Origin: the human T2T-CHM13v2.0 reference genome, Homo sapiens
Strand: one strand, 5' to 3'
DNA: 64,000 bases
Assembly (NCBI RefSeq): GCF_009914755.1
Contig: NC_060930.1
Each line of letters opens with the position of its first letter. The first letter of the stretch is position 1. Shown here piece by piece: positions 1 through 18,800 of the stretch. The notes under the pieces are model-generated. The model saw only the letters and a list, made by a program, of their open reading frames with translations. It made no database searches and had not been told where the DNA came from. Both the position numbers and the translations under genes were made by a program.

Positions 1-775
1 CAATACAGAGAAGTGCTTAAAGGAGCTGATGGAGCTGAAAACCAAGGCTCAAGAACTTCGTGAAGAATGCAGAAGCCTCAGGAGCCAATGCGATCAACTG
101 GAAGAAAGGGTATCAGTGATGGAAGATGAAATGAATGAAATGAAGTGAGAAGGGAAGTTTAGAGAAAAAAGAATAAAAAGAAACGAGTAAAGCCTCCAAG
201 AAATATGGGACTATGTGAAAAGACCAAATCTACGTCTGATTGGTGTACTTGAAAGTGACGGGGAGAATGGAACCAAGTTGGAAAACACTCTGCAGGATAT
301 TATCCAGGAGAACTTCCCCAATCTAGCAAGGCAGGCCAACATTCAGATTCAGGAAATACACAGAACACCACAAAGATACTCCTCGAGAAGAGCAACTCCA
401 AGACACATAATTGTCAGATTCACCAAAGTTGAAATGAAGGAAAAAATGTTAAGGGCAGCCAGAGAGAAAGGTCGGGTTACCCTCAAAGGGAAGCCCATCA
501 GACTAACAGCTGATCTCTCAGCAGAAACTCTACAAGCCAGAAGAGAGTGGGGGCCAATATTCAACATTCTTAAAGAAAAGAATTTTCAACCCAGAATTTC
601 ATATCCAGCCAAAGTAAGCTTCATAAGTGAAGGAGAAATAAAATCCTTTACAGACAAGCAAATGCTGAGAGATTTTGTCACCACCAGGCCTGCCCTAAAA
701 GAGCTCCTGAAGGAAGCGCTAAACATGGAAAGGAACAACCGGTACCAGCTGCTGCAAAATCATGCCAAAATGTAA
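1..775 (+). pseudogene. L1 ORF1p (RNA-binding chaperone) remnant
   Basis: ORF 215..775 reads KRPNLRLIGV...ERNNRYQLLQNHAKM. Premature stops TGA at 146 and TAA at 188. Confidence 0.95.
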
Positions 776-838
776 AGACCATGGGGACTAGGAAGAAACT
801 GCATCAACTAACGAGCAAAATAACCAGCTAACATCATA

Positions 839-4458
<3,620 letters not shown>

Positions 4459-5015
4459 ACAATGAGAACACATGGACACAGGAAGGGGAACATCACACTC
4501 TGGGGACTGTTGTGGGGTGGGGGGAGGGGAGAGGGATAGCACTGGGAGATATACCTAATGCTAGATGACGAGTTAGTGGGTGCAGCGCACCAGCATGGTA
4601 CATGTATACATATGTAACTAACCTGCACATTGTGCACATGTACCCTAAAACTTAAAGTATAATAATAATAAATAAATAAATAAATAAATAAATAATAAAA
4701 CTATACCTTGTCTAATAAAACTGCTTTTGAAAGTGCTAAGTAAATTTATGCTTTGAAAATAAATACAAGTTGTATTCTCAAAGGCACAGTGGTTGAGAGT
4801 AAGCCCATCCTTTTTCTCTGAACATAATCATAATACGTTTCCTTTTTTGTTGTACTTTACCTTAATAAATTTTTATGCACCAAAGGTGCTGGAGCTGATG
4901 TCTTCAAAAGCTATTCATAATAGAAGGAGCTGATGCCTGTAACAAAATTCCAACGTTTAGTGTTGAGTATTCTGAAGAAGCCACAACTGCTGTTACTGTC
5001 CCATAGAGCTTATAG

Positions 5016-5354
<339 letters not shown>

Positions 5355-5559
5355 TGCCTTTCTTTTTTAAATACACTTTTTTAGAGCAGTTTTAGGTTCA
5401 CTGCAAAAGGTTTCAATTTTTAAGTTGTAATTCCTATATGGTATTTGACCTACGAAAGCTTAATATGAAGTCTCTTATCTACACAGGACAGGAATGGAAG
5501 GCTGTATTTCTTTTTTGGATGACTTATCGTTACTTTGAACATAAAAAGCCATACACACA

Positions 5560-7110
5560 GAAACACAATGAGATACAACTACATACCTACCAGGATGTCT
5601 ATTTAAACAAAAAGGAAAATAACAAGTGTTGGCCTGTTGTGGAGGAACTTGAATCCTATTACATTGCTGGTGGAAATACAAAATGGTCCAGTCACTGTCA
5701 AAACAGCTGGGTGGATCCTCAAAAGGTTAAACATGTAATTACCATAAAATCCATCAATTCCACTCCTAGTTATATATGCAAAGAACTGCAGACATACATG
5801 GGTATTTGTATATCAATGTTCACTGCAGCATTATTCACAATAAATAGCCAAAAGGTGGCAACAACCTAAGTGTCAAAAGGTGAATGGATAAACGAAATGT
5901 GGTATATGCATACAATATTATTCAGCCACAAAAAGAATGAAGTAGTGATAATGCTACAACATAAATGAACCTTGAGGACACTGTACTAAGTAAAATAAGC
6001 CAGACACAAAAAGACAAATATTGTATGACTTCACTTATATAAAGTATCTAGAATAGGCAAACTGATAGAGACAAAGTAAGTTAGTGGTTACCAAAAGCTG
6101 GGGGGAGAGAGGAATGGAAAGTAACTGCGGAATGTATACAGAGTTTCTGTTAGCTATTGTGTTAGTCCGTCTTCACGATGCATAAGTAATGTACATAAGT
6201 AACTGAGACTAGATAATTTATAATGAAAATATAAACAAATTTACTCATAGCAGAAGGTAAAGTGGGAGCAGGTACATCACAAGGCAAGAGAGGGAGCAAA
6301 AGAGAGAAGAAAAAGGTCCCACAAGCTTTTAAACAACCAGCTCTTGCGTGAACTCAGAGTAAGAACTCGCTTATCACCAAGTGGATGGTACCAAGCCATT
6401 CAGGAGGGATCCCATCCCATGATCAACAACTCCCACTAGGCCCCGCCTCCAACACTGGGGATCACATTTCAGCGAGATTTGGAGGGGACACACATCCAAA
6501 TCATATCAAGTATAATGAGAGTGCTTTGGAAAATATTCAGTAACAAAAAGCTTATTAAGCCACAAAGACACAGAAGAACCTTAAACGTACCTTGCTAAGA
6601 GTCAAAGAAGCCAATCTGAAAAGGATACCTACTGTATGATTCTGATACAACATTCTGAAAAAAGCAAAACGATGGAGATGGCAAAAAGATCATTGGTTAT
6701 TAGGGGTTGGTGGGGGATGAGGAAGTGAAAGATGAAGGGATGAACAGGTAGACACAAAGAATTTTTAGCACAGTGAAACTATTTTGTATGATACTGTAAT
6801 GGTGCATACATGTCATACATTTGTCAGAACATACAGGATGTATTTGGCTCATCAGTTTTAACAAACACATCACACTAATGCAAGACGTTAATAAGTGGGG
6901 GAAGGAGAGAGTACATGGAAACACTCTATACTTCCTTTACATTTTTCTGTAAACTTAAAACTTCTTAAAAAAAAGTCCATAAATCTTTTTAAGTTTTAGA
7001 AACAGTGTGATGATTGCACAACATCGTGAATGTAATTAACGCCTCTGAAGTGTATGCTTAAAAATGGCTAAATTATAAATTTTATGTTATATATATTTTA
7101 CCACATTAAA
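5560..7110 (+). mobile_element. Old L1M (L1MB/MC-like) 3' fragments, interrupted by an MST LTR
   Basis: Degenerate ORF2 C-terminus (MFTAALFTI-like) and 3'UTR motifs such as aataagccagacacaaaaagacaaatattgtatg. A second L1M 3' end lies at ~6530-6975. Confidence 0.8.
6158..6508 (+). mobile_element. MaLR solo LTR (MST-like)
   Basis: Starts tgtgttagtc and ends gggacacacatccaaatcatatca. Internal cccactaggccccgcctccaacactggggatcacattt is typical of MST. Confidence 0.85.
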
Positions 7111-8195
7111 AGACAAAGCACTCCTTTTTTTATAGGAAAATAATCCTGTTATTCTAACAGGGGAAATGGTAATAATGAATCACAGCCCGATGTCCAAATT
7201 GATGAAAATCTTCATGGAAAAAATTCTCACCAAATATTACTCCACTATAATAATGAGATTTAATTTTATTTTTGAGTGCTTCTATGTGAACAAAAACAAT
7301 ATTTTGAAGGCTCTCTGGTTGCATCAACGTGGAAAGCCCCAGAGCTCCCAGGTCATTCCTCTTACAACTAAAAAACCCAAAACACAACACAACAAGAAAA
7401 GCACAGGACATCGCTGAAAGGTAGAAAAAAAGAAGGCTGGCTGCCTAGGGACGTCACTATTTGATAAATAACATGGCAATGAGTCCCCTGCATCTCCTTA
7501 TTGCCTCCCATATATCCCAAACAGGGTGATAGAGAAGACTCCGATGTAGAACCACCAACAGGCAGAGGAAAAAAAAAAAAAAAAAACTCCAAGGAAAGCC
7601 TGTTCCTAACTAGCAAAGCAATGATCATAAAAAGGGTGGGCAAACAACAAAAAGCATTTTTGGCAGTATCAGCCAATCATCAATGGAAAAACAGCTTTAC
7701 CACCCACTTTCAGCAGGCCAAATGGTACATTAAATTTCCACTCCAAAAATCTCTAACCTATTCCGTCCTTGCAGGTAGCCTAACTTACCCAATAGTAGTC
7801 AATCAGGAAGTTTGGCAGGCTAATTTTCCATCATCTACCAGATAGGCTAAGGGTACTTTCACTGGGGCAGAAGCAGGAGGAACTGATTTTACACTCCCCT
7901 CTGTGGATCGCATTCCTCCAACTGATTAGTGTCTACAGGGTGCAGCAGCAAGCTAAGCCTCCATCCTGACCCAGCAGCAAGGAGACTTTATTAAGAAGGA
8001 AATCCAAAGCACAGCTAATCGCCACTATGTCTGTTGTTAGTGGGACGCAGGAAAGAGTTGAGCCTGAACTACCAGACAGGAACAAAGAGACTGTACAAGT
8101 GGGGGCTAATTGGTATTCTACTTTTCTCCTACCCTTGGTGTTACTGATGCCCAATGGAAGCTGGGTCTCCATACCTACCCAGAAGCAAAGAGACT

Positions 8196-8597
8196 TGTGA
8201 AAACTGATTATGCAAAGGAGATTTTTTTGTCATACCCAACAAAAATAAAGTGGGAGGAGTCTTAGGGAAAAACATTCTAGGAACTATCTCACAAGCCCAG
8301 TCCAAAACCGCAACAGCCTGCCATAACTTTAAGCTTACAAGTTTTACCTAGAAACTGTCACTCACCAATCAGAATTCACCAGCCCCTGTAAGACACTGCC
8401 AACACCAATGAACTTGCAAAACAAATTACATAAGCTTCCTCTGTTCCCCCAGTAAAGCCCCAGACTTTTCCTTTGTTCTTCAGACACACCTAGGGGCTAC
8501 CCCAGTTTTTGTGTTCTGAACTGCAATTCCTGTATATTATTTCCAAATAAAACCTTTGCTTGGAGACTTGTCTCTATATATTTATTTCATGCTGACA
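8196..8597 (+). mobile_element. ERV1-class solo LTR
   Basis: TG...CA ends, 4-bp TSD GACT (8192-8195 and 8598-8601), AATAAA near 8546. Confidence 0.75.
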
Positions 8598-9769
8598 GAC
8601 TGAAGAGGCAGTGTCAAGCAGGGCTACTCAGCACTCCTGTTCTCCACTCCACCCATCAGGATCAGCAAAGCCCAGAGGGAAGCAGAGTCCCAACCCACTT
8701 TGTACCAATGAAGCCAAAAAGGTGAACGAATGCAGAGCTGGTGGGCACTCCACTTTCCCCTCCTACTCCTGTAGCAGTGGGTTCAGCAGGGGACCAATGT
8801 TAAACTCAAACCAGAGGCAAACAGGAAGGGAGGTAGACCACTTTCGCAAGAAGGCATCAGTGGGCTGAGGAGGTGAACATCCACATCCTATCTGTAAAGG
8901 CAATGTAAGTCAGTGTCCCACTTTGCTGTAGTGGTACTGGGGGAAAGGGCAGGCAGTGGGAAGGTGAGAATATACTCACCTAGCCCTCATGTTACACTTC
9001 AACAACAACAAAAAACATTCAAAGCCTCATAATATCCAAAAATCACTGTCATCCCAAGAACCAGGAAATCATAATATGAATGAAAAAAACAACCAACAGA
9101 TGTCAAAACTAAGATGAATCAAATGTTTAAATTATCTGACAGGATTTTAAAGTAACCATCAAAGACGTATTTCAAAAAACCTTCAAAAATCTCTCTCAAA
9201 AAATGGAAAATCTCAGCAAAGAAACACAATTAAAAAAATAACCAAATAGAAATTATAGAACTGAAAATATAATAGCCCAAATGAACTCGCTGGATGCACT
9301 CAATGTTAGAGTGGAGATGACAGACAAAATCTCCAGGCTCAGATAGTTTCACAGGAAAATTCTACCACACTTCTACCAGATTTAAAGTAGAATTAACATC
9401 TAATAAGGTTCAGTACACACTCCTCCAAAATATTTTAAGCTGGAAAAATTTGAGAAAATCTCAGAAGCAGGTACACCACTCTTACCTTCCTCCAGCTCTT
9501 CTCCCCTGACCCAGGTCATAAAATCTAAAAAGGATTTTCTGACATTCCCATGAAGCAAGTCATAAGATCCTCATTTGAGAGGTGTCCTTCCTATACTCAG
9601 AGGAAAGGAACATCCTGATTTCTGATGATTTAGGGTCACAGAGAAGAACCTGAATAACACCTTGCTATGTTCCCTCCGGTTTATTACCATTAGGTCATAC
9701 TTTTTAATCCAGTCATACACACACTATCCACTTCTTCATCAAACCTAGCACTAAAAGTACACAGGTTTA

Positions 9770-9880
9770 GGCCAAGCGCAGAGTATGCACCCCTGTAGCC
9801 CCAACTACTTGGGAGGCTGCGGCCGGTAGATACCTTGAGCCCTGGAGTCCAGCCTGGGCAACATGGTGATACTTTTTCGC

Positions 9881-9913
<33 letters not shown>
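9770..9913 (+). mobile_element. Monomeric Alu (FLAM/FAM-like) with poly(A)
   Basis: Degenerate 7SL-derived monomer followed by an ~29-nt A tract. Confidence 0.75.
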
Positions 9914-9915
<2 letters not shown>

Positions 9916-9916
9916 T

Positions 9917-10211
<295 letters not shown>

Positions 10212-10637
10212 GACAACCCACACACAGATTTACCTCTTTCTTCAGGTTCCTTTCCCTTACGAGGGCTGTGTGCCATGTAAAACTCCTATTATATAAATGT
10301 ATCTTTTCTCTTGTTAATCTGTCTTTTCTTATACTGGCCTCAGCCATGAACCTAAGATGTGAGGACCTAAGAGAGAGGAAAAGACACTTTTCTTCCCAAA
10401 CACATCAATTTTATATAATCTGTTCCAGGAAATAAAGGATGAGGGGAAACACCTGATTTTATAACTATTATTATTACTGTTATACCAAGACAATACAGTA
10501 CAAAAAGACCAAGGCACAACAAAACCAAAGGGAAGTACAAAACAGAAAATAACAGACCAATATTTCTCATGAACTTAGATGCAAAATCATCAACAAAATG
10601 TTAGCAAATCAAGTCTGGCAATATAGAAAAATAATTA

Positions 10638-11357
10638 CAGCAGTTCCCCCTCACCATAGTTTCACTTTCTGAGGTTTCAGTTATCTACTGTCAACTGTGG
10701 TCAGAAAATATTACATGGAAAATTCAAGAAATAAACAATTCATAAGTTTTAAATTGCATACCATTCTGGGTAGCATGATGAAATCTCACTCTGGCCCACC
10801 CAGGACATGAATCACCCCTTTGTTAAGCCTGTACACACTTCTATAGGCTACCTGCCCATTAGTCACTTTGCTGCCTTCTAAATTCTATCAGATCAACTGT
10901 CACAGCATCACAGCGGTTGTGTTTAAGTCATCCTTATATTATTTAATAATGACGCCAAAGGGCAACAGCAGTGATGCTGGCAATTCCAATTTGCCAAAGA
11001 GATGCCATAAAGTGGTTTCTTAAATTGGAAAGGTAAGACTTCTTGATTTAACAAGGAAAGGAAAGAAATCTTATGCTGAGATTGCTAAGACGTATAGTAA
11101 GAACGAATCTTCTATTCATGAAATCGGGAAAAAGGAAAAAGATTTTCTTGCTAGTTTTGCTGTCCCACCTCAAACTGCAAGTTATGGCCACAATGCATGA
11201 TAAGTGCTTAGTGAAGGTGGAAAAGGCATTAAATTTGTGGAAGACATGAACAGAAATGTGTTCTAATTTATAGCAATCAGGTTTGGTACTATTTGTGGTT
11301 TAATGCATCCACTGGGGGTCTTGGAATGTATCCTGCACAGATAAGGGGAGACTACTG
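10638..11357. mobile_element. MER44 (Tigger7-type) non-autonomous DNA transposon
   Basis: TIR-like ends cagcagttcccc... and ...ggggagactactg, TA at the left flank, internal MER44-like sequence (ggaaaattcaagaaataaacaattcataagttttaaattgc). Confidence 0.85.
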
Positions 11358-11670
11358 TGTCTAACAATAATCAGTGGAATTTATTCCAGGCATGCAAGCC
11401 TGTTACAACATTTGTAAATCAATCAATGTAATCCACCATGTCTACAAACTAAAGATATTTATATGATCATATAAATTGATGCTGAAAAATCATTCAACAT
11501 AATTCAACATCATTTCATGATTAAAAAAAAAAAACTCTCAGCAAATGCTGGTTCTCACCTCTACTGTACTCATTGTGTACCTCAGCACTTAACCACCCTT
11601 AAATGATGGTACTCATTTTTATAGGTAGTTTGAGTTCACGTCATTGCAGACTTTTTGTTCTTTAAAATAG

Positions 11671-11910
<240 letters not shown>

Positions 11911-13449
11911 TAAAAAAAATAAAATAAAATGTGAGAGATCATTTGTCTTATTTGCCAAACAAATAAAATTATATTGGGCCAAAGCAACTTTTATGAGTGA
12001 GAAACCCTAGTAAGTAAAATAAAATGTTTCAGATAATTAGTGTATCACTTAGTGTTATTTTTCTCCTTACCATGTTTATAAATCACAAGGTTCAAAGTTT
12101 TAAATATAAAACAAAACCTTTAAGATAGTCTCTAAAATGAAAAATTTAATTTTTAATGTGAATATATTTCAGGTTCATTTCAGTTCAACTAATAAAAAAT
12201 GTTAATGTTCTCATCAATCCAAAATTTCAGAGAAACATGGTTCCCTTATTAAAAAACCAACCCTCAAGGAAGTTCATGAGCCAATCCTATTCATTTGACC
12301 AAATCTATAGAGGAAACCATAAGATGGGGTCTGAATAAGGAGAACTGTAATCGTTATTTATTTGAAAAGATAAAGTAGGATTTCTGTGTCAATCCCCAAG
12401 GCCAAAAGACCACCCAAAGACATTTTCACTGGTCAAAGCTTAGAAAAATCAAAGAGGAAGTCCTCACCACCAAAGAAAACAACACTCTTTCCAGTAAAAT
12501 TTATTTGTGAAACAAACTAAGAGCCTTACCTTTGAGACCCCTTTTTTACAGAGGAATAGCACAATTGATTTTATTTTTATTGGAAAGCCATTAATAACCC
12601 CACGTTCCTTGATGTCCCAAGTTATATGTAACACAATTGGCCACTTTTAATAAGCATAGGATTGGAAACAGTTTCTGAAAAGTTACCACAGAAAAATCCC
12701 TTTAAAAGCACAGCAAAATTTAAACTTTTTAATGTATCTTCCCTTTGGAACTAGGCCAAGGGAATGTCCCACTGCATGCAGATCTAGGGCATCATTTATT
12801 TCATGAATGTTCTGCACAACAATATTCTGGAAGCTTTAATATATGTTCCAGAGGAACAGATTCCATTGTCAAAGACTTCAACTGTTGCGTTAAACTAATG
12901 AATTAGGTTTCTTTACTATAAAACTTGTTAAAGCTTTAATATGCATTGCAACTCTCCAAGTGATAATATATAGCATGAAATATTTCCCAAAAAATGGGAC
13001 TAAGAAATAAAAATGTTATGGTTAAAAAAGAAATCTATACATATCTTGAAAAAGATTCAAATTCCATGAAATACAGTTTGAGAAATAGTATTTTAACTGC
13101 AAACTAAAATGGATTAGGAATTCTCATTGGCCCAAAGAAATCAGTGGTTTCAATGCAAAGCTTCCCAAAGCAACACACACCAAGAATAAGATAAACCAAA
13201 AACCTAACATTTAATTTTTACAAATGTTTTTCCATATGTAAACTCTGTATACGGGCCAATTCTTTGTGCTGAAACTTATGTGAAAAAAAAATGATGGAAG
13301 ACTTTGTTGGGTTATTCTCATTTAAACTATTAAATTGAGTTGTGAGGAGACCCATCAGGTAGAATGAAAATAGATTTTGAAAACGTAGATAGTTTATAAG
13401 GGAAGATTTTAAAAATAAATGTTTTAAAAGAATAAAAAGACAAGCCATA

Positions 13450-14480
13450 GACCATCTTTGTAAAACACTTATTTGATCAAGGACTGGTAACCAAAATATA
13501 CAAAGAACCCTTAAAATTCAAAAGTAAGAAAATAAGAATCTCAAACATGGGCCCGAAGATCCGAACAGACACCTCACCCAAGAACATACACACATAGCAA
13601 ATAAGCACAGGAAAAGATGCTCAACATATGTCATTATGTTTCAAATAAGACAACAATGAGTTACAACTATGGCTAAAACCCAAAACACTAACAATACCAT
13701 ATGCTGACAAAGGTGTGGAGCAACAGGAACTCTCATTCACTGCTGGTGGGAATGTAAAATGATTTGCCACTTTGGAAAATAATTTGATAGTGTCTTATAA
13801 AACTAAACATATTCTTACTATATGATCCAGCAATCAAATACCTTGGTATTTACTCAAAGGTTTGAGTAAAAAACTTATGTCCACATATAAACCTACACAC
13901 AAATGTTTATAGTGGCTTTATTTATAATTGCCAAAACTAGTAAGCAACCAAGATGTCCTTCAATAGGCAAATGGATAAACTGTGGTATATCCATATAATG
14001 AAAAATTATGCAACAATAAAAAGATATGAGCTACCAAGCCATGAAAAGACATGGAAGAACCTTAGATGTGCACTGCCAAGTAATAGAAGTCAATCTGAAA
14101 AGGCTACATCATATATGATTCCAACTATATGAAATTCTGAAAAAGGCAGAACTATGTAGACAATAAAAAGATCAGTGTTTGCCAGAAATTCAGAGGGAAG
14201 GAGGGAGGAATAGGTGGAGCACGTGGGATTTTTAAGGCAATGGAACTATTCTGTGTAGTAATATAATGGTGGATAAATGTCATTATACATTTGTCCAAAC
14301 CCACAGAATGTGAAACACCAAGAGTGAATCCTAAATTATGAACTTTAGTTAATAATAACATATCAATATTGGCTCAACAAATGTAATTGAAACTGTAGGG
14401 AGGGTGGCAGGTAGGAACTCTGTACTTTCAGCTCAATTCTTCTGTAAACATTAACTGCTCTAAAAAATACAGTCTACCAA
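13450..14480 (+). mobile_element. L1MC/MD-like 3' fragment
   Basis: ORF2 C-terminal DNA (ggagcaacaggaactctcattcactgctggtgggaatg) and an L1MC-type 3'UTR. Confidence 0.82.
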
Positions 14481-16289
14481 AATAAGATAAATGTGGGCAC
14501 TTTAAGAGAGAAAAAGTTAGCTACATTCAAATTTTACAAAAACGTTTATCAAATCACCAATTCCACATTAAGACCAACAACAACGTATTTATGTCATCTC
14601 CCTAGCAAAAGCAGAGAAGATATTATTTACTATCCCAGCACTTCCAGTGTCTGTGGCTTAAATAATTCAGGTCATGAGACTAAAAAATATTAATATACCT
14701 CATTTCTTAAATTTATATAATCAAACTTTATACCCAATACAAGTCTTCAACATTTTATTTCAGTCTCCTCATATTCACTTACTTTACTGAGTAAACTGAT
14801 GTCAGAGAAACTGCTATGTCGAAAAGGGCAACATTAGTTCACTGAAAGCTCTGCCACAGAAATAAGTTTTTCGTATCTGTTAGTCCAGTACTCCCATTCT
14901 CTAAATCCCTTCAATTTAGATTTCTAGGAGTTGGTATTCCCAGTATACTTCTAATATCTTTTACAGGCAGTTAACTGAATTCTCTTAGTCATCTGATGAA
15001 AGGAGAAGTCAAGTTTCCCATGCTGGCATTATGGAACTGGCTGTAATACAGATTTTGCAAGGGGAAAAAATCAGTTTATAGGGAAATACAATGTCTTCTG
15101 TTTATATAACATTTTGACTTATTAAAACAAAACTGTTTGAAAAAGCAAAAATCTGATTAAGCACAAGAATTATATTCTTTGAAATGAGAATGGTTAACTT
15201 GGGATCAGATGAAAATGAAACTTGATTACTTCAAAAAAATACATTTTAATTTATTTCAGCTTTAATTTTATGTTTTTAAAGAGTATGTTTATAACCCAAA
15301 TAAGTCAGCCTAACAAGGATGAATAATTAGGTAATTTTTGGTGTTTCTCTTTAAATTGTATTAATAAGCTATTTAAATAAAGTGTTCTTAATCTTAGATC
15401 TAATGAAAGAACAACTTTGCACACTTTATAAGCCTTTATCATATAACAAAGCAAAGATTCCTTACTTAATATTTCGAATCAAAGCAAAGTGGTTAACTCT
15501 GAGAATAAAAGGCACAGAGAACTTAATAACTCATTGATTATGACTCATCACACCACACTAAAGCAGATCCCTACTGAAGAGAATTTAGCTACAACAAATA
15601 AAGAAAATCAGAAATATAAAATTCCATAAGATTTAAGACACAAAAATAATAACTCTGACTTCTAGTATTATAGATATGAGAAATGCAAAATTGTAAGAAA
15701 ATGTATCCGACTCTTTTGCTCTTTGAACCATTTTCTAAAAAGGTTTTGTTATGACCAGCCCGCCCAAATTTTCTACATTTGATGAAGCTACTTACTGTAG
15801 AAACCAGGACAAAAACAGAAACAGCACCCATAGAGTTCCAAAGAATTCTCTTTGACAATGTTTTTCAAACTAAGTAAGATTCGTTAAGGGACCATGACCA
15901 CCACGCTTTAAGAAATAAATATTAGAGTGTATGTATGTAAAGTAGGAATAAATGTTCTTTGAAACTCTCGATTCAGAATAACACATGTACACCAAAAAAA
16001 CCCCACTTATATCCATTTATATATAAGTTTGTGTACACTGGTTCCTAATGTAAAATCTACTATTTATAAATAGGCCATGATCAGAAAAGTTTAATGTCCT
16101 AAATAAGCTTTAAAATTTAGTTCCAAATTTTAAAAGGGATTGTTTTTCATTAAGAATCTTTGACTTTTTAAAATCAAAGCTATTTTAATATTTCAAGATT
16201 ATGTCAAGAAAAAGCTTCTGTAATGTCAAATTAAATATTAAGATGCTGTATCAAATTCACTTTTAAATCTCCAGGGCCAAGCAGAGTCA

Positions 16290-16554
<265 letters not shown>

Positions 16555-18063
16555 TCAGTAGAGTCACACCAGGTTGTAACGTACATTAGGGATTAAATCC
16601 CAAAGATTGCAATACAGAATTCTTAGAGTGAGCCCTCATACAGATAATTAACATTAGTTCTGTAAACTAACATACAGCTTTTGAAATTTTAAGTATTTTA
16701 TCTATTTAAAATGTGTCTTAGTTTAAACACACATTGAACAGAGTATATATCTGTTCCACATTAGAAATTTAAACTGTCCAGTTATACACTTGGGTCTTCA
16801 GCTTCCTTTTCCAGTGGGTTCATTCATTAGAAATTAAAGACAACTTTTTGTTGATCATTATTAGCAGGCCTTTACACGGTCTATGTGGTTATTTCACAAC
16901 TGACATACTTTTACAACCAACAGGATTCTGTCAAACTTTACATTTTATGGTATGCATTTAAAAAATAAAATTTACATTTTTTCCATCATCCAAATAAGAA
17001 AATCATCTTATCTTTATTAACTATATTTCAAACACAACACATGTATCCCTGGTTTCACAAGAATCATGCTATATAGAATCTGGTTGAGAAGAAAAAAAAA
17101 TCAACTCAAAATGATACTTTAAAGTGTTGTTTGTGGTGTGGAGGAAGAAGAAAAACCACCTCTATTATATATCTACAAATATAAATTTTGTTTTACTAAA
17201 CCTATTGTTTACAACAAAATACAGAAATCATAAGTTTAAAGAATACTATTCAAGTGCTTGTTGTATTGGTGATAACTGTTTTCTACCAAAAAAGAGCAGA
17301 GTAAAATTATCATTCAATCTTCTATGACTAAATTGGTTGAAGTAAAAATGATTTATTTTCTAATGCCTTCATAAGCACATGCTGCAAAACATTTTAGTGA
17401 AATACACACACATATGTATACAATCAAAAGAAGTTCTCTAAAGTGGCATCAAGGTTAATAAAAATACATTAATTCTAATAAAAAATACACTACGGTTATA
17501 ATGCAACAAAAAGAATGTCATTGCAATAGAAAAAAAATTAAACTGAACCTGCTGTGATATTTTTCTTACAGTCATTTAAATCAATACAATTTAAACCCAA
17601 TCTCATCCTAAGTAGTATTCATCTAATCTCAGAATGCTTAGCAATTTTATTCCAAAAGAAGCTGACTACTATACTTTAGACAAATTTATCTGTTTCTAGG
17701 ATACCAAATCATAAAAGGCAAAACTAAAATGCTTTAACTACTGTGAAAAGACCTATAAATTGCAGTGTAATGTTTTTCAGTTGAAATCTGTGAATCTAAT
17801 TCTTGAGAGTTTGCAAATTTTCTGTAATATTTCTTGTATAATTAAATTTTTATGTCAATAAAAAACAATGAATTGGCACAAAAAATTGGCTTTTTGTGGC
17901 AGGATAATGGAAAAGAAAGAAGGGACGTGAAATGAGGCTAGCTTAATACAAAATAATGGCCAAGTGATGCTATGATATATTATACAATGGTTTCATAATA
18001 ACTGGAACAGAGAAAAGTCACAGGAAATTGTGTTTGTTATCTTACAGAAAAAGAGAGCAATGA

Positions 18064-18293
18064 TCAGAGCTTTCCAACCCATGCCCTTAGGAACAAAAGC
18101 CACGAACTAGGTACAGGTGTGTAGGTTTTAATGCTCTCAGCCTATGGAATGCCTGACTGGTGGGACCAGAGGCATTTAGGAACCCCTGAATTGTCTGCTG
18201 TCAAGAACAACCTTGTGCTTCTATATCCAGTGGCCCTATGAATATTATCATTTTTCACTTGTGCCATAATGTCAAAAGAATTGCAAAGCACTG
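18064..18293. mobile_element. Probable ancient hAT-Charlie-type MITE
   Basis: Imperfect terminal inverted repeats cagagctttcca ... tgcaaagcactg. Confidence 0.45.
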
Positions 18294-18599
18294 GGAAGAT
18301 GTAACAAACTTTTAGAACACAGTAGTCATATTAAGAAAGGGAATTTATTTTCAGGAGTTAAAAGTCTGTCATATCAAATTAAGGTTATTATTTTGATTGT
18401 GATATGATCGATTTGTTTTTCATTTCTGATTGTTTTTGACTTAGTAGTTTCAATAGATTTAAATGCAATGAAGAATTGCTATCTAGATTTTTATATTTGT
18501 TCATATTTCAGTAACATCAGCAGAAAAATACTTGAAGTTAAAACTAGGGTACATATTATTTCTTTTCCTCTTTTAATAGTATCTGCCCCAAACATAAGG

Positions 18600-18800
18600 T
18601 GAAAAACAATTGGATTCATGAGTCTTTAGTTTGAATCTCACTGAGGTTGGTAGTTACAAACTTTCTGATCCCGGGCAAGTTACTTACATCAGTTTTCTTA
18701 TTTGTAAGATGGGAATAATGATCATTCTTACCCAAGGAAGGAGAAGATTCAACGCCTATGAAGTGTATATGCCAGTAGCTGGCATATAGTAACAAATATT
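18600..18800 (+). mobile_element. MIR SINE
   Basis: Core gggcaagttactta...cagttttcttatttgtaagatgggaataat. Confidence 0.75.

Noticed and set aside
4501-4535. G-quadruplex-like tract
   Set aside because: It is the standard L1 3'UTR G-rich tract, not locus-specific.
12530-12674. 145-nt pseudo-exon with strong donor AAG|gtaagg
   Set aside because: Stops in all frames and a mediocre acceptor; such pseudo-exons are common in long introns.
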